From NCBI GenBank assembly GCA_036338595.1, contig JAYZBV010000037.1:1-64000 (forward strand): a stretch of 64,000 nucleotides of DNA, written 5' to 3'. Below the pieces are notes generated by a model. The model worked only from the letters and a program-made list of their open reading frames with translations. It searched no databases and was not told the DNA's origin. This DNA comes from Planctomycetota bacterium (GTDB lineage Bacteria > Planctomycetota > UBA8108 > UBA1146). Positions 29,845 through 39,757 of this stretch are shown in pieces (the first letter of the stretch is position 1; every line of letters starts with the position of its first letter). The position numbers were made by a program, and so were the translations under genes.

Positions 29845-30537
29845 TCACTGCACGATACGAAACTGGCCCCTGTTCTGGCGTGCGATATTGGTGAAGAGGT
29901 CGATCCCTTTTTGCCAGGTGCCGATGAAGAAGGTGTCGATGCGGTGTAGATCCCAGTTGCCATTTCGAATGTCCTCCTGCACCGGTGCAGAATCGGTTTG
30001 TCCCTGGCAGTAGTGGGCCCCATCTCCGATCAGGATCAATCTCCTCGACGAGATGTCCTTCTTCGATGTACGAAGCACTTCCAGCCCCGCGATGACTCCG
30101 GTCGAGATGCAGGTGGTGCCACTGGGAATCAGCTGGCCCAGGAAATCCTTCGCATAGATGCGGGCATTCAATCCGGCAGCGATCATCTCTGGATTCCAGA
30201 TCTCGATCCGGTCGGAGAAGGCGAGCAGGCCCAGCTCCGCCTCGGACGACAGTTCATCGATGGCCAGCACCAGTTCGTGCAGCAGGTCATTCCACTTGTC
30301 GCCGTATACTCGCCCCATCGAGCCGCTGAAATCGACCACGAACATGAATGCGTCCGCCTCGTAGATGCGGCCGTAGAACAGGATCGATTCGGGGATTTCA
30401 TCATCTTCTGTGGGCACATCCACGCCACCGCCGGAAGGAAGGTCGAGGGGGCGTCGTTTGGGACCATCGGCACCGACTAGAAGTAGTGCCAGGGACACTG
30501 ACAGGATCAGAATCAACACTCTCATCGTGCTGCTCAC
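29845..30537 (-). CDS. Secreted vWA-domain protein
   Basis: Signal peptide; MIDAS residues DFSGS...T...IGDG; paralog of 31953-32627. Confidence 0.85.
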   Translation of the reverse strand: MSSTMRVLILILSVSLALLLVGADGPKRRPLDLPSGGGVDVPTEDDEIPESILFYGRIYEADAFMFVVDFSGSMGRVYGDKWNDLLHELVLAIDELSSEAELGLLAFSDRIEIWNPEMIAAGLNARIYAKDFLGQLIPSGTTCISTGVIAGLEVLRTSKKDISSRRLILIGDGAHYCQGQTDSAPVQEDIRNGNWDLHRIDTFFIGTWQKGIDLFTNIARQNRGQFRIVQ

Positions 30538-30728
30538 TCACCAGGCGGACTCATTCACCAGGCGTGCATTCCAGATTTCATTCGCTCCACCTGACCAACG
30601 ACGGCCTCCTGGATGCGGTTCCCGGCGGTTCCGACGCTGCACAATCTCGATCATCCTCACGCCAGAGGCCCATCGAGACAGAAGGGCGAAATCCGCAGTT
30701 CCAGGTAAGAGCGTGCACAGTGGAGCCG

Positions 30729-31826
30729 CTAGAGGCAGGGGCAACCGCTCGAATTGGCGCATTCGAGTGCGTCTGCGGTCGGATCGCCGCCACAATCTGG
30801 ATGGGGAAGTGGCGGGAGCGGTGCGCCGGGTGAAAACAGCGATGCGAGCGCCGAAACCGCGTCGGCGATATTGAGCAATCCATCATCATTGGCATCGCCC
30901 GCGTCCTGGCAGGGCAGGGCGGCGGTACCCGGCACGAACAGCAGTGCCAGCACCGCAATCGGATCGCCGATATCGAAACTGCCATCGTCGTTGGCATCGC
31001 CACGGATGAATGCTGGCGAGCACACCACCGCGGGGGTGATCGCCAGTTCCGAAATGTTGGTGCCACCCGTGTATATCTGCTCCGGGTTGCTGCCGTCGAG
31101 ATCGGTTCGCCAGACACTTCCCGTCGAGGTGGATACGAAGACCGATTCATCGAACTCGTCGATGACCAGATTGGTGATGCCAGATATGGTGGTGCCCGCG
31201 ACGATCACCTCGATACCACTTCCATCGTTATCGCAGCGCTGCACCGATCCAGCAGCGTTGATCCAGTAGACCTTGAGTCCCATCGGATCGTAACGGCAGT
31301 CACGCGGCATGCTGAGGCCACCGGCAACGATGACCTCTTCACCGCTGGCATCGAAGTTCCTTCGAGTCAGACGGCCGGGAGTATCGAGGGTGAAATAGAG
31401 TTTTTCAGCGATCCCATCGATGCCAATCCCCGAAGTGGCGAACATTCCGCCAACCGCTGTCGGATTGGAGCCGTCGTAACCGATGGAGACCAGTTGACCG
31501 TTGAAGGCGTTGATCCAGTAGAGTCGCTGATCGACCGGGTTCGCGGCCAGCGCCTGGAAGCCGAAGGGGTAGCTGGTGATACTTGCGGCGTTGCCACCGT
31601 CGAGATCGGCGCTCATCAGTGAGAAGGGCTCGCGAAAGTAAAAGATCTTCTCGACCGCAACATCCACCGACAGCGTCACCAGCGGGCTCGCCGACGGCAG
31701 CACCGTCGTGGTGCCGCTGCCGACCTGGTGCTGGACCAGGTCTCCGGCATCGATCCAGTAAAGGGTCTGAGCCGTCAGCGGCTGCCACAGCAGCAACAAC
31801 AGAGAAGAGCAGAGAAATACCCTCAC
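30729..31826 (-). CDS. Secreted YWTD/LDL-receptor-B-like beta-propeller with C-terminal dockerin-like domain
   Basis: Repeats LYWID, IFYF, LYWIN, LYFT and VYWIN; FIRGDANDDGSFDIGD...DAGDANDDGLLNIAD; GTG start after GGAGG. Confidence 0.85.
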   Translation of the reverse strand: MRVFLCSSLLLLLWQPLTAQTLYWIDAGDLVQHQVGSGTTTVLPSASPLVTLSVDVAVEKIFYFREPFSLMSADLDGGNAASITSYPFGFQALAANPVDQRLYWINAFNGQLVSIGYDGSNPTAVGGMFATSGIGIDGIAEKLYFTLDTPGRLTRRNFDASGEEVIVAGGLSMPRDCRYDPMGLKVYWINAAGSVQRCDNDGSGIEVIVAGTTISGITNLVIDEFDESVFVSTSTGSVWRTDLDGSNPEQIYTGGTNISELAITPAVVCSPAFIRGDANDDGSFDIGDPIAVLALLFVPGTAALPCQDAGDANDDGLLNIADAVSALASLFSPGAPLPPLPHPDCGGDPTADALECANSSGCPCL

Positions 31827-31952
31827 GACACCTCCAGGAACCGCTGATCGTCTTCGGTCAGTGCTCAGCAGCACCTGCAAATTATAACGGGTCGCAACGA
31901 CAGAGTCACCCGTGATGAGCGTCACAATACAGGGTGACAGCGACAGCGGGCT

Positions 31953-32627
31953 TCACGGCACGATCCGCATCTGTCCGCCGTTGTGCTGGGCGATATCCCC
32001 GAACAGCAAGATCCCTGCATCGTAGTTGCCGAGGAATATGGTATCGATGCGATGCATGTCCCAGTTCCCGGTCACGATCTCGGCTACGACCATCTCCGGG
32101 TCGTTATTGCCGGCGCAGAACTGGCCGCCATCGCCGATCAGGATCAGCTTTCGCGAGTCGATGTCCTTGTTCGAGGTACGCAGGATCTGTAATCCAGCAT
32201 TGACTCCCAGCGAGATGCATGTGGCCCCCATCGGCTGCAGTTCAGAAAGAAAGGAGATGGCCATGGCGCGCGCATGGGGTCCGGCGGTGACCATCTGATC
32301 GTTCCAGGGGATGATCGGGGTCGAGAAGGCGACGATGCCCAGTTCGGCAGCACTGGAGAGCCCCTGGATGGCAGCGACCATCTCCTGGAGTAACGCCTGC
32401 CACTTGCCACCGGTGCTCATCGATCCGCTGCGATCGATCACGAACAGGAAGGCGTCGGCCTCGTAGTGATGGCCATAGAAGTGGATCACCTCGGGAATCT
32501 CTTCTTCATCATTTTGAGTCCCGGATCGACCCCCGGAGGGCAAATCCAGAGGACGACGTGCGGGCACCTCCCCTGCGAAGGTGGTCAGTGCCATGCAACC
32601 AGATAGAAACAGAATCAGGCTTTTCAT
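31953..32627 (-). CDS. Secreted vWA-domain protein
   Basis: Signal peptide; RRPLDLPSGG motif; DRSGS MIDAS; IGDG. Confidence 0.85.
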   Translation of the reverse strand: MKSLILFLSGCMALTTFAGEVPARRPLDLPSGGRSGTQNDEEEIPEVIHFYGHHYEADAFLFVIDRSGSMSTGGKWQALLQEMVAAIQGLSSAAELGIVAFSTPIIPWNDQMVTAGPHARAMAISFLSELQPMGATCISLGVNAGLQILRTSNKDIDSRKLILIGDGGQFCAGNNDPEMVVAEIVTGNWDMHRIDTIFLGNYDAGILLFGDIAQHNGGQMRIVP

Positions 32628-32847
32628 CACTCCTGCTCGCCAGGCGGGCGATCTCACCGGGGCGGGCGAGACACTGTCAGGCGCTCCACCCCCTGCATCG
32701 GCATCCGGGTCGTGAATCTGAAGGAGCATCTTCGGATGTCGTCAATTGACCGCTGGAGGTCGCAGGAGACCGTTGACGAGGGTATGCTGCTTCCCGATCG
32801 ACGATCCGGCCCGACCTGGCCGGCTCGAAGGCGAGAAGGAGATTTCC

Positions 32848-34212
32848 ATGTCGGGGAGCACCCGTCTAAACACCACCACAGCACTGCTCGTGGGTGCGAT
32901 CCTTGGCCTGCTCTGCGGCTGGCCGTTGCAGCCGCTCGGTTCAGAATCTGCTGCGGTGGTCGCTGATCGGGTCATGCGAGTGATCGAGGATCGCTATGTC
33001 GAGGCGGTCGATGGACAGCAACTGCTGCGCGAAGGACTCGATCGGGTCGTGCAACAACTCGACCGCAACAGCCGCTTCTTCCCCCCCGCCGAGGCGGCTC
33101 GGTTTGAACAGGATACCGGCGGCATCGTGTTCGGGATCGGCATCATCCTGTCTGCAGCGGCAGAAGGTGGCGCCACGGTGCTGGCAGTGATCCCGGAAGG
33201 CCCTGCGGACATGGCAGGGATTCTCACCCAGGATCGCATCACAGCCATCGACGGAGACGATTGCAGCAGCTGGACCATCGAACAGCTCTCGATGCAGATC
33301 CGCGGAGACCTCGACAGTGCCGTGGCGATCCGGGTGGATCGCGATGGCACCGAACTGGATCTGTCGGCAACACGAGGTCAGGTGCAGGTTCCCAGCGTGA
33401 CCGAGATCGCACTGTTTCGACCGACTCAAGAAGACGCGGTTGCCATCGGCCTGGTTCGACTGCAGCAATTCCAGCCGGACTCCTCCAGGGAGGTGCGCCT
33501 GGCACTGGAAAAACTGGTCGCAGCGGGAGCCGAGGGAGTGGTGCTCGATCTGCGCAACAATGGCGGAGGTCTCTTCTCCGAGGCGATCGACATCGTTTCG
33601 CTGTTTCTGGAAGAGGGACTGACCGTGATCAGCACCCGGGGTCGATCGGGTCCAGACAGCGAGAAATCGGTCAAGGTGGTGGAATCGGGGCCCTATCTTG
33701 AACTTCCCCTGGTGATCCTCATCGACGGCGGCAGTGCCAGTGCGTCCGAGATCGTCGCATCGTCGCTTCGAGATCATCGCCGGGCAGCGCTGATCGGGTC
33801 GCTGAGTTTCGGCAAATGGTCGGTGCAGGATCTGATTCCGATTCGAGATGGCACCGAGACTTCGATCCTCAAACTGACCACCCAGTCCTTTCACGCCCCA
33901 CATGGGATCCGTGTCTCGCACGACGACAACGGGCAGAGGTCGGGACTGATCCCCGACCTGGAGCTGGCGACGGCCCCGGATGTAGGACTGGATCTGGTCC
34001 GATCGTGGCGCGGCAGAAGTTACGATCGGATCGAGCAGCCGGCTGCGATCACCCTCCTCGACGATCCCCTACCGGATCAGAAGGTCGATCTGCTCGGCAA
34101 TGGCGATGCTGCACTATGCGCTGCCATCGATCGCCTCAGAGATCCAGCCGCTCTGCGGCAGTGGCTGGCTGACGACGCCGACGATGCCCCCGTGGACCAG
34201 GAGCCGCGATGA
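32848..34212 (+). CDS. S41A carboxyl-terminal processing protease with PDZ domain
   Basis: GIGI PDZ motif, LDLRNNGGGL, SASASEIVA and SFGKWSVQ motifs. Confidence 0.93.
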   Translation: MSGSTRLNTTTALLVGAILGLLCGWPLQPLGSESAAVVADRVMRVIEDRYVEAVDGQQLLREGLDRVVQQLDRNSRFFPPAEAARFEQDTGGIVFGIGIILSAAAEGGATVLAVIPEGPADMAGILTQDRITAIDGDDCSSWTIEQLSMQIRGDLDSAVAIRVDRDGTELDLSATRGQVQVPSVTEIALFRPTQEDAVAIGLVRLQQFQPDSSREVRLALEKLVAAGAEGVVLDLRNNGGGLFSEAIDIVSLFLEEGLTVISTRGRSGPDSEKSVKVVESGPYLELPLVILIDGGSASASEIVASSLRDHRRAALIGSLSFGKWSVQDLIPIRDGTETSILKLTTQSFHAPHGIRVSHDDNGQRSGLIPDLELATAPDVGLDLVRSWRGRSYDRIEQPAAITLLDDPLPDQKVDLLGNGDAALCAAIDRLRDPAALRQWLADDADDAPVDQEPR

Positions 34213-35216
34213 AGGTGCTCGCCATCGAGACCACCTGCGATGAGACGGCAGCCGCGGTCGTCGAGTGCGGGCCGAAGGTGCTTTCCAATGTCGTCTATTC
34301 ACAGATCGAAGAACACGCTCCCTTCGGCGGCGTCGTGCCCGAGATCGCCAGTCGAAGCCATGTCGAACAGTTGACCGCAGTGATCGAACAGGCGCTGCAG
34401 AAATCACAGCTGCAGCCTTCGCAACTCGATGCGGTTGCGGTGGCCCAGCGACCGGGCCTGATCGGCGCTCTGATGATCGGAGTCACCACTGCCAAGGCGC
34501 TGGCGTGGGCCTGGGATCTACCCCTGATCGGGGTTCACCACCTTCACGCTCACCTCGAGGCCTCGGCACTGGACGGGCAACAGGTGGACCCACCCTACCT
34601 CGGTGTCGTGATCTCTGGAGGCCACACCGATCTGCATCGCGTCGAGGAGTTGGGCACCACGCGGTGGCTCGGAGGCACCCGCGACGATGCTCTCGGCGAG
34701 GCGTTTGACAAGGTCTCCTCGGTACTCGGACTCGGCTACCCGGGCGGTCCCGCCGTCGAGAAGGCGGCCAGAGGAGGCGATGCCAAGGCGGTCCAGTTAC
34801 CGAGGACGCTGCTCGAGGAGGATTCGCTCGATTTCTCCTTTTCCGGCATCAAGACCGCGGTTCTGTACCTTTGGCGCGGTCGAAACGCCTCGTATCCTGG
34901 TAGGGCTCCCGGGGCACCGGAGCCACAGGACATCTGCGCTGCCTTTCAGGAAGCGGTCTTCGATGTGCTGGCGCAGAAGATCGAGCGCGCCTGTCAGCAG
35001 GAATCGCTCTCGGAAGTGGTGCTCGGCGGAGGCGTGACGGCGAATCGCGCCCTTCGCGAATCACTTGCAGAACAACTCGGCGAGAAGTTTCAGCTCTATT
35101 TCCCGCCGCTGCAGTACGCCACCGACAACGCCGCCATGATCGGCGCACTGGCGCTGCGTCGGCTCGAAGCGGGACACATCGATGACCTGGAACTGGTCGC
35201 GGAGGCACAACCATGA
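34209..35216 (+). CDS. tsaD: tRNA N6-threonylcarbamoyltransferase
   Basis: IETTCDET, GGVVPEIASRSH, HLHAH, SGGHT, DDALGEAFDK and TDNAAMI motifs. Confidence 0.97.
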   Translation: MKVLAIETTCDETAAAVVECGPKVLSNVVYSQIEEHAPFGGVVPEIASRSHVEQLTAVIEQALQKSQLQPSQLDAVAVAQRPGLIGALMIGVTTAKALAWAWDLPLIGVHHLHAHLEASALDGQQVDPPYLGVVISGGHTDLHRVEELGTTRWLGGTRDDALGEAFDKVSSVLGLGYPGGPAVEKAARGGDAKAVQLPRTLLEEDSLDFSFSGIKTAVLYLWRGRNASYPGRAPGAPEPQDICAAFQEAVFDVLAQKIERACQQESLSEVVLGGGVTANRALRESLAEQLGEKFQLYFPPLQYATDNAAMIGALALRRLEAGHIDDLELVAEAQP

Positions 35217-35890
35217 GTCGATCCAACAACCTGGACATCGATCATGACCGTCAACAGCGATGCGGCTTTCCCGAGGTGGTCTTCGGAGCCGGCAAGACCG
35301 CCGCAGAGATCACCGATGCGCTCTCCTCCATCGCAGATCGATCGGGTCTGGCTCTCGCAACCCGCGTCGATGAAACGGTCGGGGAAGCGATCGCCAGCGA
35401 CATCGCCGATGCCTGCTGGCACGAGAGATGTCGTTGCATCTCCATCGATCGAACCGAGCAAACCCGCCAGGGCCAGGTCACCATCATCTGTGCCGGAACC
35501 AGCGATCTTCCCGTGGCCCAGGAGGCGCTGCTGACCTGTGACCTGGCAGGAGCTCACACCGAACTGCTCGCGGATGCCGGCGTCGCTGGCATCCATCGCG
35601 TGCTTTCGCATGATGAACGATTGCGCTCCTCGAATGTGCTGGTGGTGGTGGCCGGCATGGAAGGAGCGCTGCCCTCTGTTGTGGCCGGGCGCGTCTCGGT
35701 TCCGGTGATCGCCGTTCCCACCAGCATCGGATACGGCGCCTCCTTCGGAGGTGTCACGGCATTGCTCGGAATGCTCTGCTCCTGTGCATCGGGGATCTCG
35801 GTGGTCAACATCGATAACGGCTTCGGAGCCGGAATCATCGCGGCGAGGATCAATAAACTCGCCTGCGACGGAGGACCTGGTGGGCGCTGA
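35213..35890 (+). CDS. larB: Nickel-pincer cofactor biosynthesis protein LarB (PurE-like)
   Basis: RQQRCGFPEVVFGAGK, AGTSDLPVA, AGMEGALPSV, PTSIGYG and VVNIDNGFGA motifs. Confidence 0.92.
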   Translation: MSRSNNLDIDHDRQQRCGFPEVVFGAGKTAAEITDALSSIADRSGLALATRVDETVGEAIASDIADACWHERCRCISIDRTEQTRQGQVTIICAGTSDLPVAQEALLTCDLAGAHTELLADAGVAGIHRVLSHDERLRSSNVLVVVAGMEGALPSVVAGRVSVPVIAVPTSIGYGASFGGVTALLGMLCSCASGISVVNIDNGFGAGIIAARINKLACDGGPGGR

Positions 35891-36737
35891 TTCCTTTGGC
35901 CCGCTGCCGCCAAGACCTGCCGATGCCAACAAATCGACGATGGGAACGGTGCAGGTGGTCGGCGGATCACCGGGGCTCAGCGGTGCCCCACTGCTGGCGG
36001 CCCATGCCGCACTCCGCTCGGGAAGTGGCCGTGTCATCGTCGCCGTGCCCGCGTCGCTGGCATCGGTCGCAGAGGAACGGAAGCCGCTCGAGGCGATGTC
36101 GTGGAGTCCACAGGACAACGGTGATGTCTGGACAGTGGCCGCGATCGAGGCGCTGCTGGAGACGCCAGCGCCAAGTTGCTGGGTGTTCGGCTGTGGACTC
36201 GGTCGCGATGCACGATCGACGGAAGCGATGCACTGCTGGCTGCAGAATCGTGATCGCCCTGCGGTGATCGATGCCGATGCACTGTGGCATCTGGCGAGCG
36301 ATCCTCGGATGTTCTCGATGCTCGGACCCGATGTCGTGCTCACGCCCCACCGCGGCGAACTGGATCGATTGGCAGAAGTTCTCGACCTGGAGGGCTCGCA
36401 GCGTGAGGATCTGTCACGAGGATTGCAGCAAATCTGCGGTGCCGTGGTGGTGGCCAAGGGACCGGGCACCGTGACCGTCGGTGACATCGGTGTCTTTCGC
36501 AACGACACCGGCAATCGTGGCATGGCCACTGCCGGAAGTGGCGATGTGCTGGCAGGGGTGATCGGAGCACTGATGGCGCGAGGAGATGAACCCGAGATCG
36601 CGGCTCGACGCGGCGCCTGGTTACACGGTCGAGCCGGTGACCTGGCCGCGCAGAGACTCGGAGTGGAATCGCTGATCGCGGGAGACATCGTCGATTCCCT
36701 CGCGGACGCGTTCATGGAACAGGAGCCATCGAGTTGA
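35880..36737 (+). CDS. nnrD: ADP-dependent NAD(P)H-hydrate dehydratase (YjeF C-terminal domain only)
   Basis: GCGLG, VIDADAL, LTPHRGE and MATAGSGDVLAG motifs; GTG start after GGAGG. Confidence 0.92.
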   Translation: MGADSFGPLPPRPADANKSTMGTVQVVGGSPGLSGAPLLAAHAALRSGSGRVIVAVPASLASVAEERKPLEAMSWSPQDNGDVWTVAAIEALLETPAPSCWVFGCGLGRDARSTEAMHCWLQNRDRPAVIDADALWHLASDPRMFSMLGPDVVLTPHRGELDRLAEVLDLEGSQREDLSRGLQQICGAVVVAKGPGTVTVGDIGVFRNDTGNRGMATAGSGDVLAGVIGALMARGDEPEIAARRGAWLHGRAGDLAAQRLGVESLIAGDIVDSLADAFMEQEPSS

Positions 36738-37576
36738 AGATGCCCGTGGAACTGTGCCAGGTCGATGACTACGAGGTGCTCGAGACGGTGGATCTGGGGC
36801 AGGACTGGTTTCGACTCGACATCGAAGCACCCGCCATCGCCTCGACGGCAAGAGCCGGGCAGTTCGTCCAGGTGCGCATCGGTTCCGGTGACATTCCGCT
36901 GATCCGTCGCCCCTTCAGCATCTTCGATGTCGGACCCACGCCCGGTGCCGATGCGACGATGATTCGACTGCTGGTGCAGCGTGTCGGACCCGGCTCCAGT
37001 GCCATGGTGAATCTGAGGGCGGGCGACAGGATCGATCTGATGGGCCCGCTCGGTCAACCGATGCCCAGACCCGAACTGGATGCTGCCGGCACCCTGTTTC
37101 TGGTCGGTGGTGGCATCGGCGTGGCGCCCCTTTACTTCTACTGTCGGGAACTGGCCAGCGAATCCTCTGCGTTCCAGTACAAGGTACTACTGGGAGCCAG
37201 AAGTCGTGCACTGCTGATCGGACTCGATGCCTTCGAATCGATCGGGGTCGAAACCTGCGCCGCTACCGATGACGGCAGCAGCGGATATCACGGCAACATC
37301 ATCCAGTTGCTCGGCGATCTCCTCGACCAGCTGCCCGAGGGCGACGCGGTGGCGGGAATCGGATGTGGTCCCCACGGCATGAACCTGGCCCTGCGACAGC
37401 TGGCCGTCGAGCGCGATCTACGCTTCTGGATCTCGCTCGAAAACTACATGCCGTGCGGATTCGGAGCCTGCTTCGGCTGCGTCATCCCGGGGCCGCCAGA
37501 CGAGCCTCCTCGATATCGACGCGTCTGCGTCGAGGGCCCCTGTTTTCCGGCCCACGAGTTGCCCGAGCAGTTCTAG
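36734..37576 (+). CDS. pyrK: Dihydroorotate dehydrogenase electron transfer subunit
   Basis: AGQFV, RRPFS, GGGIGVAP, TDDGS, CGP and MPCGFGACFGC...VCVEGP (2Fe-2S) motifs. Confidence 0.9.
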   Translation: MKMPVELCQVDDYEVLETVDLGQDWFRLDIEAPAIASTARAGQFVQVRIGSGDIPLIRRPFSIFDVGPTPGADATMIRLLVQRVGPGSSAMVNLRAGDRIDLMGPLGQPMPRPELDAAGTLFLVGGGIGVAPLYFYCRELASESSAFQYKVLLGARSRALLIGLDAFESIGVETCAATDDGSSGYHGNIIQLLGDLLDQLPEGDAVAGIGCGPHGMNLALRQLAVERDLRFWISLENYMPCGFGACFGCVIPGPPDEPPRYRRVCVEGPCFPAHELPEQF

Positions 37577-37820
37577 CCGTAAGAATTCGTTACGCGACGG
37601 GTCTGACCCCGATCCGGAGCCTGCATCGGTGCCGAAGTTCCTCTCTCGAAAACCCCTCGGAGCCGCAACAGCCGTATTCATCCGAGACGGATGCTCGTAT
37701 CCGGCCACCAGGCACGATTCTCGGCCCTCACCGACAGGGCGAAGCGGCTGCATTCTGACCACCTTCTACTGCTGAACCGTTCTTCTGGAAGTCATCGAGT
37801 CAATTCGCTATGGTGATTCG

Positions 37821-38005
37821 GTCCTGCGGCAACGATCTCACCGGGATGCCAGCGCGCCCCGGTCCGGTGATCCGTGAACGGAACCTGAGTGCGGTACTCA
37901 CCGTGTTGCGAGATTCGATGACGACGGCACGCTCGGGTTCAACGACTCGAGTTGAAGTTGCACTCCGGAGGGGCCTCTGGCTCCCTCGATCCTGATGCGC
38001 CGGGA
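37821..38005 (+). ncRNA. ssrS: Probable 6S RNA
   Basis: About 185-nt rod. GGGATGCCAG..GCCCC..TCCGG pairs with CCGGA..GGGGC..CTGGC.TCCC; GAACCTGAGTG (37881-91) pairs with CGCTCGGGTTC (37930-40); a central bubble lies between these helices. TATGGT -10-like box upstream and terminator downstream. Confidence 0.65.
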
Positions 38006-38030
38006 GAGTTAACCCTCTCCCGGCTTTTTT
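37999..38030 (+). terminator. Intrinsic terminator
   Basis: GCCGGGAGAG-TTAACC-CTCTCCCGGC followed by TTTTTT. Confidence 0.9.
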
Positions 38031-38175
38031 CATCGGCGGAAGTTTGCCGGGACCACATCGACATCATCATCGACATCATCACAGTGGCGCATCGGTCGTG
38101 CAGTGATCGAGATCGCGCGGCCGGGCGAAGCGCCAGATCACCGTCGCGGGCAGTGCCCTCTGGACTTGACCACCC

Positions 38176-38227
38176 ACCCGGAGATCATCGAACTCCCCAA
38201 GGCCGCAGGTGCCAGGGAGTGACTACG
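38176..38227 (+). repeat. Copy of the ankyrin gene 3' end placed upstream of the gene
   Basis: 48/52 identical to 38911-38962, including the stop codon and the following CTACG. Confidence 0.9.
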
Positions 38228-38267
38228 GGTGGAACCACACGACTGCTGGTGACCGAAGGAGAAACGG

Positions 38268-38957
38268 ATGAACCGGATCTGCATCGCTGCACTGACGACT
38301 GTGATGATCTGCGGACCGGGGTGCGAGCCGTCGGCGCAGGAGAGGGTCGAGGCCACTGAGAAGTTGCTGTCGGTGTGGGATGAGGACATCCAGGGTTCAG
38401 ATACGTATTCCATCATGGTGTTGATCGGCGATGGTGCGAATGTCAACGTCAGGGATAAGAACGGCAAGACCCCACTGATGTTCGCCGCCCGCTTCTCCTC
38501 GACCCCGGAGATCGTCAAGCTGTTGATCGAGGCGAATGCGGATGTCAACGCCATGAGTAGTGCCGGCTGGACCCCGCTGATGTTCGCCGCCGGCTTCTCC
38601 TCGATCCCGGAGATCGTCACGGTGCTGGTGGCAAGGGGTGCAGCGGTCAACGCAAAGAGTCACGCCGGCTGGACCCCGCTGATGTTCGCGGCCGCCTTCT
38701 CAGAGACCCCGGAGATCGTCACTCTATTGATCGAGGCGGGTGCGGACCTCAACGCCAAGGACGGTAACGGCTGGACCCCGCTGATGGTCGCCGCCCGTTC
38801 CGAGACCCCGGAGATCGTCACGCTGTTGATCGAGGCGGGTGCGGATGTCAATGCCATGAACAATAACGGCTATACCCCGCTGTGGTTTGCCAAACCCAGG
38901 TTCGGTTCGACCCCCGAGATCATCAAACTCCTCAAGGCCGCAGGTGCCAGGGAGTGA
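38268..38957 (+). CDS. Ankyrin-repeat protein with signal peptide (possible lipoprotein)
   Basis: About 5 repeats of GxTPLMFAA...PEIVxLLIEAGADVNA; N-terminal hydrophobic stretch ending GPGC; AAGGAG RBS. Confidence 0.93.
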   Translation: MNRICIAALTTVMICGPGCEPSAQERVEATEKLLSVWDEDIQGSDTYSIMVLIGDGANVNVRDKNGKTPLMFAARFSSTPEIVKLLIEANADVNAMSSAGWTPLMFAAGFSSIPEIVTVLVARGAAVNAKSHAGWTPLMFAAAFSETPEIVTLLIEAGADLNAKDGNGWTPLMVAARSETPEIVTLLIEAGADVNAMNNNGYTPLWFAKPRFGSTPEIIKLLKAAGARE

Positions 38958-39026
38958 CTACGAGAAGCGGCGCGGGCAGAAAATATCGACAGCAAACACG
39001 AGATCGTCAACGAGCGAATCATGCCG

Positions 39027-39371
39027 TCACTTTGACCCCGAGAGCTGGTCGATGCGGGCCGCCAGGATGAAGTCCAACTCGGTCAGGCCATCGACGGCGT
39101 GGGTGAAGATCTTCACCTCGACTCGCCCCCAGCCGAGGGACAGATCGGGATGGTGCCCCAGTTGCTCGGCCAGATCGCCGATACCCTGCACATGAGCGAG
39201 CGCCGATACGAAGTCGGGAAACACGAATTTCCTGACCAGATGGTGATCTCCCCCGATGCTCCAATCCTGCAACTCTGCGAGCCACTGCTGTCGCTCGGAA
39301 TCGGTGGCCAGCGGCGTCTCGCCGTGGCACGGCGAGCAATGCCTCTCGGCGAGCGGTTCTGGATGCGTCAT
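39027..39371 (-). CDS. Pterin-4-alpha-carbinolamine dehydratase
   Basis: CSPC, FPDF, AEQLGHHPD and THAVDGLTELDFILAARID motifs. Confidence 0.94.
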   Translation of the reverse strand: MTHPEPLAERHCSPCHGETPLATDSERQQWLAELQDWSIGGDHHLVRKFVFPDFVSALAHVQGIGDLAEQLGHHPDLSLGWGRVEVKIFTHAVDGLTELDFILAARIDQLSGSK

Positions 39372-39619
39372 GGTGTCCCTTCCCGGCTGGATGTGTCCTC
39401 TCCCTGAGGGCTCCATCGTGCCCGCTACGGAGGGGTTGTACAGGTCAGTAATGACAGGTAAGTCATGTCTGAATGTAAAGTCATAAAATGAAGCACTGAC
39501 TGGAGATAGAGACGGTTTGAGCGGCTATCCGTGGCCATCCAGAGTGCTGATTGGCCAGATGCAGCCACGGCACCCGGCACAATTTGCGGGCATTCGCCCG
39601 AACGAGGCCAACCACGCGT

Positions 39620-39635
39620 TGGCATACAACTTGCT
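39620..39635 (+). promoter_or_regulatory. Sigma-54 (-24/-12) promoter
   Basis: TGGCATACAACTTGCT has exact GG-N10-GC spacing. AT-rich upstream region carries GTCA-N4-TGAC (39444-39455) and related motifs. Confidence 0.7.
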
Positions 39636-39757
39636 TACAAAAGTGTAACGATATCCAGCACACACGATGCTCCGGCTTGCGAAGAACTTGACGGCAATCG
39701 TGAATTGATATTCGACTTGCTTTGTTATTCAATCCGCGCGGTGCACCTATGCGCGGT

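Noticed and set aside
29090..32700. Integrated island at tRNA-Phe
   Set aside because: Content looks accessory, but I found no integrase and no duplicated tRNA 3' end in the window.
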